Positions 34,608 to 44,141 of a DNA stretch of 64,000 nucleotides are shown here, one piece after another. The stretch is from assembly GCA_028719205.1 (NCBI GenBank), contig JAQUKH010000002.1, positions 1 to 64,000 on the forward strand. Reading direction: 5' to 3'. Source of the stretch: a bacterium. Its GTDB lineage: Bacteria; JACRDZ01; JAQUKH01. How positions within the stretch are numbered: position 1 is the first letter of the stretch; every line of letters begins with the position of its first letter. The notes below the pieces were generated by a model. That model was not told where the DNA came from, made no database searches, and worked only from the letters and a program-made list of their open reading frames with translations. The position numbers and the translations under genes are program-made.

Positions 34608-37430
34608 TCAGCATATACCCGAAAATTCACAGTATTTGCAGTTTTGTTCATTGCTTTTGTCGTTTTGGAAATCTATGTTTTTATCAAGGATCTCGGATAT
34701 AATAAAATCTAATCCCTTGAGGCATGTTTCCATTACCTTGTCAGTATTCTCCTTATCTTTTTTAACAAAATCCGTAAATTCCATTTCCTGAAGATTATAT
34801 AAAGCCGCGTTCACAGTTCCGCTGTATCTTTGTTTTGTAAAATAATAATAAATCGGCAGTTGAAAAGAATGGATGTTGTTTTTAATGGATTCACGCCCGA
34901 ATGAAATATTTTCTAATTTTGTTGAAGCTGCAGGTGCTTTTGCCGATTGCCCTGTTTTATAATCAATTACAAATACTGTTCCATCTTCGAGCAGGTCTAT
35001 ACGGTCTATGGTATATCTGCAATTTATCAATTTGCCTGAGGGTAATTGTATTTTCCCTGAAAGTTTTTCTTCAAGTGAAAGGATCGTTTTTACTTCCCGC
35101 GACCGTTCATTGTTAATAAATTTTCTAAGCCTGTATTCCATAACCTCTTTTACCAAAAACGCCTCCGGCCCCAGCCTTTTTTTAAGTTTTTCTAAAAACC
35201 GGTTTTCGAATTCCCCGATAAAATATTTAAGAAAAACATCATCAATAACAGGTTTTTTATTTATAAATCTTTTGAAGGTATTATCAAGCAGTTCATGTAT
35301 AAATGTGCCGATATCCTTTGCCTCAACTTCATCAAGAAGATCTTCTTTTCCTTTAAGCCGTAACACATATTGATAATAAAATTTCATCGGGCAGTTTAAA
35401 TAAGTGTCAATGCTGGATGATGAATATATAAAATTATCATCAAAATATTTAATTATTTTTTCGGTCTTTTTAACTGTGTTTTTTACTGCTATAGTTACAG
35501 GATTAAATTTCGCGCAGGTCTCGGGGAAAACATTCAGTATTTTGTCCTTTTTTTGCTTCTGCCAGATGAGTTCTTCAAGAAAACGGCTTTTTTCTTTTTC
35601 GGGACTGCCGTCATAAACAAAATACACTTTCTTTGCTCCAGAGATCAAGCGGGTAAAATGGTATTTCTGGATCTCCTCTTCCTGTCTTAGTTTTTGCAGT
35701 CCAAGGCTTTCCATGATCTGGCGCGGTATCATTGAACCATGGACTTGAGATCTCGGAAGTATGGATTCATTAACATCCATAATTATTACATTTTCAAAAT
35801 TTAGCGAGCGGCTTTCAAATAATCCAAGTATCTGAAGCCCTTTCAAAGGAGAACCGGAAAACGAAACGATTTCGTTCTGTATCTTCTTATCAAAGACCTT
35901 AAATATATCTTCTTTATTAAAAGGCTGGTCTTTGAACTCGGCAGTTTTTAATTCATCGATTATTTCATATATCCTGTTAAGGATTTTTATATTCAAGGGG
36001 TAACTGTGAATAAAACTTTTTTTAAGCAGATAGGTGTTGAATTTTTCCAGGCAGGCGGTAAATTGGGAGAAATTGTTAATGTTTTCCCACATCCTGAAGG
36101 AGATCAAATGTATCTCTTCTAAAATATTTTTAAACTCCGGTATGCCGGTATTAAAAGCCATTTCCGCGCTTAATTCATAAAGCTTATTTGAGCTTTCTAT
36201 GTCATCCAGTTTTAAGAACAGGCTTCCGCTTAAAGAAGTTTCCTTAATTCCCGAAAGGATTTCTTCGGCTTTATGGACAAGTATCCGGGTCAAGGCGGGG
36301 TTAGAGTTTATTGTCAGATTTTTTATTAATGGATGAAGTATAACCTTGAGATAATCCTTGGTATAATAAGCCCCGTTTTTTCGTGTCAGCTGAGCGGCAG
36401 CGATAAATTTTATAAGGTTGTATAAAGCGCTTCGTTTCAAGGGGTAACCCATTGAAACATTAAAATTTTCCACAAGAGGTGAAATTTCCGAGAGCAAAGG
36501 TATAAGATTGTTCGCGTCGGGAAGTATAATGACGGTTTTATCAAGGGCTTCGCCTTTTTTGATAATCTCGGATCTTAAAATTTCTTTTATAATACCTGCC
36601 TGTGAATGGCTGTCAAACCCTTTGAATATTTTTAAATCATATGATGGCTTAGTTTGGTTTACCGGTTCGATCTTATTGTTGAGTTCTTTTTCGAGATTAT
36701 CGAAAACAGGCCAGGGATTTGAATCTTTCTGAAAAAAAGCTGTTGCTGTATCTTCACTAAGAAGATGTTTGAGAATTTTTTTTTCTGTATTGTGAAGATA
36801 ATAAAAATTACAAAAAAGAATTTTATCAAATTCAGGGAATTTCGTTTTCCTGATAATATTCGCCGCGTCCAGGTATATAATTCCGCGGGAAAGCAGATTG
36901 CGGCTTCGCAGTTCAATGTGATATAAATTCCTTAATTCAATAATATTCCGGAGCAATTTATTTATATTCTCGGGTATTTCATAACCTATTTCAAAAAGGT
37001 CTTCAACAGGTTTAAGGTCCTGCGTGGAGATATTTTCAATGTCCAGTTCATCTATAAATCCTGTAATTTCTGTTGCCCAAGGAAGAAAATCAGAAAACTT
37101 TTCTCTGTGAATCAATATTTTAGAGGACAGTTTTTTCGCGCAGGTGTAAATTATATAGCTTGATTCCAGTTCTGACGGCATGCGGAAATTGCCGTGTTTT
37201 GACACTATAAAATTCACAAACTGATCGATCGAGAAAAATTGCGGAGGAAAAAAAATCCGTTTTATTCTCTTTGAAAGCTCCCTCTTTAAGAATAATGAGG
37301 GCCGTTTTCCTCCGAATATAACAGCAACACGGCTCAAATCACCGCCTTTTTTTAAAAAATTGTTTTCCAGATAATCCGCGGTATTCGAAATAAAATCTTC
37401 AGTGAAATTGCAGGTGATTATTTTTTCCAT
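34608..37430 (-). CDS. AddB-like PD-(D/E)XK nuclease with Fe-S staple
   Basis: GLQILG..ESR.L.F, YLNCP..FY, IDRID, DYKTG, CKYCEFSGIC. Start ATG 37430 preferred. Confidence 0.85.
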   Translation of the reverse strand: MEKIITCNFTEDFISNTADYLENNFLKKGGDLSRVAVIFGGKRPSLFLKRELSKRIKRIFFPPQFFSIDQFVNFIVSKHGNFRMPSELESSYIIYTCAKKLSSKILIHREKFSDFLPWATEITGFIDELDIENISTQDLKPVEDLFEIGYEIPENINKLLRNIIELRNLYHIELRSRNLLSRGIIYLDAANIIRKTKFPEFDKILFCNFYYLHNTEKKILKHLLSEDTATAFFQKDSNPWPVFDNLEKELNNKIEPVNQTKPSYDLKIFKGFDSHSQAGIIKEILRSEIIKKGEALDKTVIILPDANNLIPLLSEISPLVENFNVSMGYPLKRSALYNLIKFIAAAQLTRKNGAYYTKDYLKVILHPLIKNLTINSNPALTRILVHKAEEILSGIKETSLSGSLFLKLDDIESSNKLYELSAEMAFNTGIPEFKNILEEIHLISFRMWENINNFSQFTACLEKFNTYLLKKSFIHSYPLNIKILNRIYEIIDELKTAEFKDQPFNKEDIFKVFDKKIQNEIVSFSGSPLKGLQILGLFESRSLNFENVIIMDVNESILPRSQVHGSMIPRQIMESLGLQKLRQEEEIQKYHFTRLISGAKKVYFVYDGSPEKEKSRFLEELIWQKQKKDKILNVFPETCAKFNPVTIAVKNTVKKTEKIIKYFDDNFIYSSSSIDTYLNCPMKFYYQYVLRLKGKEDLLDEVEAKDIGTFIHELLDNTFKRFINKKPVIDDVFLKYFIGEFENRFLEKLKKRLGPEAFLVKEVMEYRLRKFINNERSREVKTILSLEEKLSGKIQLPSGKLINCRYTIDRIDLLEDGTVFVIDYKTGQSAKAPAASTKLENISFGRESIKNNIHSFQLPIYYYFTKQRYSGTVNAALYNLQEMEFTDFVKKDKENTDKVMETCLKGLDFIISEILDKNIDFQNDKSNEQNCKYCEFSGIC

Positions 37431-37494
37431 TTTATGTAGTATAAATTGAGTTCGGTAAATTTTCAAGATAAAACGCCTGACCGTTAAAAATCAA

Positions 37495-37522
37495 TAAATT
37501 GTAAGCTGTAAAAAGCCGATAA
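37495..37522 (+). promoter_or_regulatory. Sigma28/FliA-type promoter
   Basis: TAAA-N16-GCCGATAA upstream of the signalling cassette. Confidence 0.55.
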
Positions 37523-37566
37523 TAAGAATATTATAATAGCCTGGGAAAAAACTCAAGTGAGGGCAA

Positions 37567-38649
37567 ATGATAAAAAAGAAAATCAAAGAAGTTATAAACA
37601 AGAATGTTAATGAGGGAGAGATTTCTAAAAAAGCGAATGAGCTGCCAGATAAGAATTTATTCCAGGCAGCGGTTTTAAACGAAATAAGTTATTTAAACAG
37701 AAATATTTATGACCTGGAAAATATTCTGCAATCTATCCTTAACTTACTTCAGGGGATAATTAAATTTGAAATTGGCGTGATCTTTTTAGCGGAAGAAAAA
37801 ATTATGCTGATCTTCAGCAGGGAGAAACAGTCAAATGAAAATAATGAAAAAGCAATAAACACTGCAATAAATAATTTTAATCAATTGGCAGGGCAAAGAA
37901 TATCTAAAAATGAAATGAAAATAAAAGTAATTGACAGCGGGAATATTTCCACAAATTCAAATCAATCCATAAATTCATTTATTTTTTCGGAAATTTACGC
38001 TAAAAATAATATAATGGGAATTTTAATGATCGGTTGTTATCAGGAAAACGCTTATAGTGATATAGACAGCAAGTCCTTAAATTCTTTTGTCACGCACGCT
38101 TCAATTGTAATGGATAATGCCCGATTATATCAAAAGCTGGAATCTCTAACGGTAATTGATGAATTGACTAAAATCTACAATAAAAGATACCTGGCACAAA
38201 TTATTCCACAGGAATTAAGCAGGGTCGAAAGATATAGGCGAACTCTTTCCATAATAATGTTTGATATAGATTTTTTTAAGAAAGTTAATGATGCGTATGG
38301 CTGTATTCAGGGAGATATTATTTTAAAAGAGGTTGTAAAAATAGCCAGGGTTACATTGAGAAAAGTCGATATCCTTATACGTTATGGCGGGGAGGAATTT
38401 ATTATTCTTTTGCCTGAAGTAAATCTTGAAATCGCGCAGAATATAGCGGAAAGGATAAGAAAAGCTGTTGAGGTATTTTCCTTTTCCGGGCAAAAAGAAC
38501 CACTGCGCATCACTATTAGTTTAGGAGTGACGACTTGTACGAAAGAATTGATAGATGAGGGAGGTAAAAAATTAATTTCAGTCGCTAATGAAGCGCTTTA
38601 TGAAGCCAAAAAATCAGGACGAAACAGGGTATGTGTGGCGAAAAAATAA
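37567..38649 (+). CDS. GAF-domain diguanylate cyclase
   Basis: GAF ending in DNARLY; DIDFFK.VND, RKVD..GGEEF. Confidence 0.9.
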   Translation: MIKKKIKEVINKNVNEGEISKKANELPDKNLFQAAVLNEISYLNRNIYDLENILQSILNLLQGIIKFEIGVIFLAEEKIMLIFSREKQSNENNEKAINTAINNFNQLAGQRISKNEMKIKVIDSGNISTNSNQSINSFIFSEIYAKNNIMGILMIGCYQENAYSDIDSKSLNSFVTHASIVMDNARLYQKLESLTVIDELTKIYNKRYLAQIIPQELSRVERYRRTLSIIMFDIDFFKKVNDAYGCIQGDIILKEVVKIARVTLRKVDILIRYGGEEFIILLPEVNLEIAQNIAERIRKAVEVFSFSGQKEPLRITISLGVTTCTKELIDEGGKKLISVANEALYEAKKSGRNRVCVAKK

Positions 38650-38713
38650 AACATGACCCTAAGCCCTTAAAAACCGATAAGTCTAGTATATTGCTAAATA
38701 ATAAGGTGAAATA

Positions 38714-39250
38714 ATGAGCGACCAAAAAAAGAAAAAAGATCCTTTAGAAGAATATCTCTCGTTTGTCAGGCACGAACTGCGTAATCAATTGTTTGTGGTT
38801 CGTGAAGGGATAAGCCAGGTCATAGACGGGTTAGGAGGTAAAGATTGTGCTAAATGCGCTAAAATTTTACAGCCTTCTTTGGAGACTGCTGAGAATTTCA
38901 ACAAGTCTATAAGTGAGTTGTTAAACGATCCCGCCTTCGAGAAAATACTAAAAAAACAATTTAAGGATAAATCGGAAACTGAAAATTTAGAAATATCGAA
39001 AAATGAGCTTATGGGACTTATAAATCATATAATTCGTACGCCGTTGACTATGATTAAAGAAGGTTTATCTATAGTAGTGGATGAGATACCCGGGAAGCTA
39101 ACGTTAGAACAAAAAAAGTATCTTAATGCCGCGAAAGAAAACACTGATAATTTAATTGTGTCTATTGAAAAGATTTTGTCAACTCCCCTGGAAAAGATAC
39201 CAAGCCTTTTAGGGGAAGATGTGCAGTATAAAATAGAATATAAAAAATAG
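38714..39250 (+). CDS. Protein with two HisKA (DHp)-like domains and no ATPase domain
   Basis: FVRHELRNQL..VREG and LINHIIRTPLT.IKEG; no N, G1, F or G2 boxes. Confidence 0.75.
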   Translation: MSDQKKKKDPLEEYLSFVRHELRNQLFVVREGISQVIDGLGGKDCAKCAKILQPSLETAENFNKSISELLNDPAFEKILKKQFKDKSETENLEISKNELMGLINHIIRTPLTMIKEGLSIVVDEIPGKLTLEQKKYLNAAKENTDNLIVSIEKILSTPLEKIPSLLGEDVQYKIEYKK

Positions 39251-39262
39251 CCGGAGGGTGTA

Positions 39263-39628
39263 ATGAAAAAAATACTGGTAGTTGATGATGAAACTATGAT
39301 AAGAGAGATGGTCAAGACAAGGCTGGAGGCAAACAATTATGAAGTTATTACTGCCGGTGATGGCCAGGAGGCACTTGAAAAAGTACGCCGGGAGAATCCT
39401 GATTTGATCCTTCTTGATTTAATGCTGCCTAAAGTTAACGGTTATAAAGTTTGCAGGATGCTTAAATTTGATGACAAATATAAGAAAATTCCTATAATCA
39501 TGCTTACCGCGCGCACGGCGGAAGATGATATTAAAGCTGGAAAAGAAGTCGGCGCGGACTTGTATTTAACAAAACCTTTTGATTCAAAAATTCTTTTAGA
39601 AAAAATAGAAGAACTTTTAAAAAAATGA
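39263..39628 (+). CDS. Single-domain response regulator
   Basis: VVDDE, LLDLMLP, MLTA, TKPF. Confidence 0.95.
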   Translation: MKKILVVDDETMIREMVKTRLEANNYEVITAGDGQEALEKVRRENPDLILLDLMLPKVNGYKVCRMLKFDDKYKKIPIIMLTARTAEDDIKAGKEVGADLYLTKPFDSKILLEKIEELLKK

Positions 39629-39642
39629 GCATAGGAGATAAA

Positions 39643-40020
39643 ATGGCAGGTAAAATACTTATTGTTCAGGATAACCGGCTGATAAACAAGATGATAAAAT
39701 CCCGTCTTGATTCCAATGGATTTTCAGCTGATATATGCGAGACAGGAGAAGAAGGCGTTGAAAAAGCAAAGACTGATAATTATCAGCTTGTTCTATTGGA
39801 TTGCACCCTTCCGGGGATCAGTGGTGTGGAAGTGTGCCGATTTATAAAAAAGGAAGAAAAATTTAAAAATATTCCGATTATTTTTATGTCGGGTGAAGAT
39901 GAAGATAAACTGATTAATATTGTAAAAAATGAAGGTGCTGATGGTTATATTTCGCTTGCATCCGGTTTTGAAGGCAAAGAATTTATTAATACAATAAAAA
40001 AATTTTTAGAAAAGGAGTGA
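39643..40020 (+). CDS. Single-domain receiver protein, atypical
   Basis: IVQDN, LLDCTLP, GADGYISL (conserved Lys missing). Start ATG 39643 after GGAG. Confidence 0.85.
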   Translation: MAGKILIVQDNRLINKMIKSRLDSNGFSADICETGEEGVEKAKTDNYQLVLLDCTLPGISGVEVCRFIKKEEKFKNIPIIFMSGEDEDKLINIVKNEGADGYISLASGFEGKEFINTIKKFLEKE

Positions 40021-40024
40021 AAAT

Positions 40025-40210
40025 ATGCCGGTAGTAAACATTCAGATCTTAAAAGGCCGGTCTCAAGAACAAAAAAAGAAAATGGCCAAGACAGTAACAG
40101 ATGCCATTGTTTCTTCGATTGGGGTAAAGCCTGAAGCAGTGTGGATCGTTATAGAGGAAATGGAAAGAGAAAATTTTGCGACGGGCGGGGTTTTGCATTG
40201 CGAAAAATAA
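40025..40210 (+). CDS. 4-oxalocrotonate tautomerase family protein
   Basis: N-terminal Pro, GRS.EQK, GG near the C-terminus; 61 aa. Confidence 0.92.
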   Translation: MPVVNIQILKGRSQEQKKKMAKTVTDAIVSSIGVKPEAVWIVIEEMERENFATGGVLHCEK

Positions 40211-40215
40211 TAAAG

Positions 40216-43200
40216 TTATGCAACTTCTTCCACTTCAGCTTCTTCCAGAAACATGGCAAATCCTTTTATCTGTTTTTCAGGAAATAATTCTTTAACCAAA
40301 CCGGCATAAATATCGATCTGTTCCTTATAATTTAAGGAAGATTCAGATTTTGTTTTGTATTCGACTATCCATACTTCTTTTTCCCTGACGATGAGGCGGT
40401 CGATCCTTTTTGTGTTCCCTAAGCGGTCGACAATATCTTTTTCGAGATAAACTTTACCATCAGAGATATAAAAAAACTTCCGCAGATCATTATTTTTGAC
40501 AAGTTTAGTTATTATCGATGAAAATTCAGAATAGTCCGTAATGCCCGGAAATAAATTACGCGCCTTTGAAGCGCCTTTTTTTATCGCATCGTCTAAATTC
40601 TGATGTTCAAGATTTTCTATTGAACTTAGCATCTCATGCAGAAAATTCCCTTTTAATACTTTATCCCTGTTCCTGATCGAATTAACATCCAAAAAATCTT
40701 CTTTTATAAATTCTATCCATTCTTTATATTCAGGCAAAGATAAAGTTATGTATGATGTTTTGTCATCCGATTCCGTAAAGTATTCATGCCTTTCCCCTTT
40801 ATTATAAATATTTTCAGGAATAAGGTATTTTGCAGTATTTGCGGTTCTTAATTCTCCATTTTTATCAGCGGACTTTTTAAAAGAAAACGGTATAAAAATA
40901 TAAAGTTCGTTTTTCGCCCTCGTCAAGGAAACGTAAAGAGTGTTGAGTTCATCTATAAAAGTTTTTTTGTATTCTTCCGTGTGCATGGAAGCTATCTGAT
41001 CTGATAGCTGCGCGTATTTTTTATCCAGTCTGACAAGTGAGAGGTTTTCGGGATCTTTATCAATGAAGCTTATATTTTGTTTTTTATTTGACTTAAAATG
41101 TTTCATATCAAACTCCAAAAAAGGAATTATAACTGTTCCGAATCCGAGGCCCTTGGATTTATGGATCGTCATAACTTTTATCGCGTCTACACCCTTCACG
41201 TTGACAAAAATGCTTTTATTATTCAGCCCTTTAAAATATTCAAGAAAATCAGTTATCCCGTTATAATCTTTTTCGCCTTCTTTTATCATTTGGAGAAAAT
41301 GTATAAAAAACGCCTGCTGGTAAGGGAAGTTTTTAAATACATTAAATTTTTTATAAATTTCAATCACAAATTCATATAATTCGGTAAATCCTACGGTTTT
41401 AAAGAAATTATCTATCAGGTTGTTCCAGATATCGGGGTACATATTTTGAAATTCGCGGTAAATATAATGATCGTTTTTTGTTGAAGAATTTTCTCTGAGC
41501 GCAAAAAGGAAATTTTCAATTATTTTTTTATCAATACCGGACTCCTTTAAAAAAATATTTCCCATTATAAAAGACGCGAAAGAAAGATTATCTATTGGTG
41601 AATTCAGGAATTTAAGGAACGAGGTAAGCTCATTAATGAAAACATTGTTTTTTATATTTAGCGTTTTATCAGATTCCACAGGGATATTTTTATCTATCAG
41701 CCAACCGCTTACGGTTTCCACGTACTCATTCTCGCGGCACAGGATCGCGATGTCTTTTAGGCCTGCGCGGTTCCGTGTTTTCAGCTGTTCTATAAGGTTT
41801 AAAAGCTTTTCCTTGATGATTTCATATTTTTCATCCTTGTCGGTAATTTCAACAGCCTCGGCCCTGACAAATCCGTATTGATATTTGTCATCCTTTCTGT
41901 ATTTTTGTTCCGCGCGGGAAAATATATTGAGAATCTCCTCGATACAGGTTTTACTGAAATTCCGAAGATCATCATCCTCGTTTTGCTGATATTCGATAAA
42001 CCGCTTTAGATTATTTTCCGCGAATATACTGTTCGTAAATTCTACAATTTCTTTCTGGCTGCGGTAATTTGTGTTAAGATAATTTTCTTTTACATATTCG
42101 GGATAAGTGTTCTTTATTTCATCAAATAAGGAACACTCGCCTCCGCGGAACCGGAAAATCGCCTGTTTTTTATCGCCCACGTAGAAAAAGCTTCCTCCGG
42201 TTGAAAGAATTTCCTCGATCATTATCTCAAAATTCTGCCATTGTAGAACGCTTGTATCCTGAAATTCGTCGATCAGAAAATGCCTTATGCGCGTCGAAAG
42301 CCTGTAATAAAGTTCAGGGACATTGATCTCGTTTTGCCTGATCAGTAAATGTGCCTGTTCATTGAGTTCGCCAAGGAACAATAAATCATTTTTTCTCGCG
42401 TTCCGCCTGAAAATGTCATAGACCATGTCAAAAATATCAATATAGCAATTAAAAAATGCTGCCGACTCTTTTTCTGAAACTCTGATTATTTCTCTGTGGA
42501 TATTTTCCCAAAGTTTGATAAGCTCGTCCGGTATAGTTTTATTTTTCAGGGCAGGCAGTTCATCTTTTAAAAATGATTTTTTTCCGATATCGGCAAAATC
42601 AAAATTGTCTTTGTTGTTTTGAACAAAATTATTTAACGTTTTTCGGAAAGTTCCATTAATGTCAGGAGTCATTTTATTATTCAGGTCCCGGTAAAGTTTA
42701 AGCAAGGCGCGTTTTGATATTAATATGTTTTCGCCTTTCAGGTCAAACTTCTGGAAATTCTTGCCGTAAGTATTTTTCCGCGAGTACATTGAATTGATCA
42801 GGTTCAAAATATCTTTTTTCGGGATCCAGCCGGCCTTGTTTTCAAGGTATAAATATTGGTGCAGAAAATTATTGAAAATATCCCTGGTGGTTTTGTCATG
42901 GTTAGCTTTGTCAATACATTCATCCAGGCTGTATAAAAGAAGAGGTAAATGATCGTCCCTGATCTCAAAATTAGAGGATATGTTCAGCCTGAACGCGCAG
43001 CTTATCAGGATCTTATTAATAAAACTATCGATAGTCTGGACCTGAAGAAAGTTGTAATTGGCAAGGATGTAGTCCATCAGGTACTGAGCCTTTTTTTGTA
43101 TATTTGTTGTATTACATATACTTTCTAAAACAGAATTTTTTTCTTCAGGGCTTGAAAATTTATTAAGGGCGATCTTCCTTAAGGTTTCCAGTATCCTTTC

Positions 43201-43392
43201 CTTCATTTCAGCCGCCGCTTTGTTCGTGAACGTAATAGCGAGGATATTTTCGATTTGCTTCGGATCAGATCCTTCCTTGAATAGCAGGCTTAAATAATGT
43301 CTGGCAAGCGCGTAAGTTTTCCCCGACCCCGCGGACGCTTCGACGACATGAACACAGGGATTATCGGGAATTGGTTCAAATAAACTATTCAT
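40216..43392 (-). CDS. AddA/RecB-like UvrD helicase-nuclease
   Basis: ASAGSGKT, TFTNKAA.EMK.RI, DEFQDT, GD.KQAI.RFRG, TIHKSKGL, RIDRL..EYK. Confidence 0.9.
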   Translation of the reverse strand: MNSLFEPIPDNPCVHVVEASAGSGKTYALARHYLSLLFKEGSDPKQIENILAITFTNKAAAEMKERILETLRKIALNKFSSPEEKNSVLESICNTTNIQKKAQYLMDYILANYNFLQVQTIDSFINKILISCAFRLNISSNFEIRDDHLPLLLYSLDECIDKANHDKTTRDIFNNFLHQYLYLENKAGWIPKKDILNLINSMYSRKNTYGKNFQKFDLKGENILISKRALLKLYRDLNNKMTPDINGTFRKTLNNFVQNNKDNFDFADIGKKSFLKDELPALKNKTIPDELIKLWENIHREIIRVSEKESAAFFNCYIDIFDMVYDIFRRNARKNDLLFLGELNEQAHLLIRQNEINVPELYYRLSTRIRHFLIDEFQDTSVLQWQNFEIMIEEILSTGGSFFYVGDKKQAIFRFRGGECSLFDEIKNTYPEYVKENYLNTNYRSQKEIVEFTNSIFAENNLKRFIEYQQNEDDDLRNFSKTCIEEILNIFSRAEQKYRKDDKYQYGFVRAEAVEITDKDEKYEIIKEKLLNLIEQLKTRNRAGLKDIAILCRENEYVETVSGWLIDKNIPVESDKTLNIKNNVFINELTSFLKFLNSPIDNLSFASFIMGNIFLKESGIDKKIIENFLFALRENSSTKNDHYIYREFQNMYPDIWNNLIDNFFKTVGFTELYEFVIEIYKKFNVFKNFPYQQAFFIHFLQMIKEGEKDYNGITDFLEYFKGLNNKSIFVNVKGVDAIKVMTIHKSKGLGFGTVIIPFLEFDMKHFKSNKKQNISFIDKDPENLSLVRLDKKYAQLSDQIASMHTEEYKKTFIDELNTLYVSLTRAKNELYIFIPFSFKKSADKNGELRTANTAKYLIPENIYNKGERHEYFTESDDKTSYITLSLPEYKEWIEFIKEDFLDVNSIRNRDKVLKGNFLHEMLSSIENLEHQNLDDAIKKGASKARNLFPGITDYSEFSSIITKLVKNNDLRKFFYISDGKVYLEKDIVDRLGNTKRIDRLIVREKEVWIVEYKTKSESSLNYKEQIDIYAGLVKELFPEKQIKGFAMFLEEAEVEEVA

Positions 43393-44141
43393 ATGATCCT
43401 TTTCTTGACCTTTTCCCAGCTTTTTGTGATTAAAAAACTTTCATCCATATTATCCACCATGCGTTTAAATTTTTTCATCGGTATCGCGAAACTTAATATA
43501 TCTTTAGGAACATAAGGCCTGGCGGAGACATCGAACATTCCTATAACCGCCTGCGGATTTTCCTTCTTATTTTCAAGATACGGGTATTCAATGATCGAAG
43601 CGCACCCGGCTCCAAAAGGCGCGATAACGGAAAATCTGCTTGTTTCTTCAAAGCCGCTCAATGTGAAAAGCCCGGACAGGATATCGGGTTTCGCATAAAA
43701 GATTACTACCGCCGGCTCATCATTCTCTTCAAGTTTATCCCATCTTTTAAATACGATATATTTCGCGGGAGATTTGAATTTTGGAGAGTTTTTTAAAAGG
43801 TCTTCAACTATTTCAGGGGATTTTTTATAGCGCTCGCCTTCCAATTTTCCTTCAGTGCCGCTGGATAGGAAATATTTGAAAGAGGGTGATATTTCTACCT
43901 CTGAAAAACCAAGATACCTTTCTGCGCCGCTACAGCCTAAGGAATCCGCGCTGAAACACAAGGATTTTCCATTTCTCACGAGATTTAAAACAGCGATTAA
44001 GCATTGGTGGCTGATACTCGGTTTTTTTACCGCTTTACCATGCCCTTCCTCATCTGTATAATAAAAAATAAATGGCAGTTCAGCTCCATCAAAATATTTC
44101 GCCCATAAATCTAGAAATTTGGTTTTAAATCCTATGTTCAT
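43389..44141 (-). CDS. DUF169-family protein
   Basis: C.G...YLGF, GERYKKSPE, PFGAGC, G.FD.SARP. Confidence 0.8.
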   Translation of the reverse strand: MNIGFKTKFLDLWAKYFDGAELPFIFYYTDEEGHGKAVKKPSISHQCLIAVLNLVRNGKSLCFSADSLGCSGAERYLGFSEVEISPSFKYFLSSGTEGKLEGERYKKSPEIVEDLLKNSPKFKSPAKYIVFKRWDKLEENDEPAVVIFYAKPDILSGLFTLSGFEETSRFSVIAPFGAGCASIIEYPYLENKKENPQAVIGMFDVSARPYVPKDILSFAIPMKKFKRMVDNMDESFLITKSWEKVKKRII

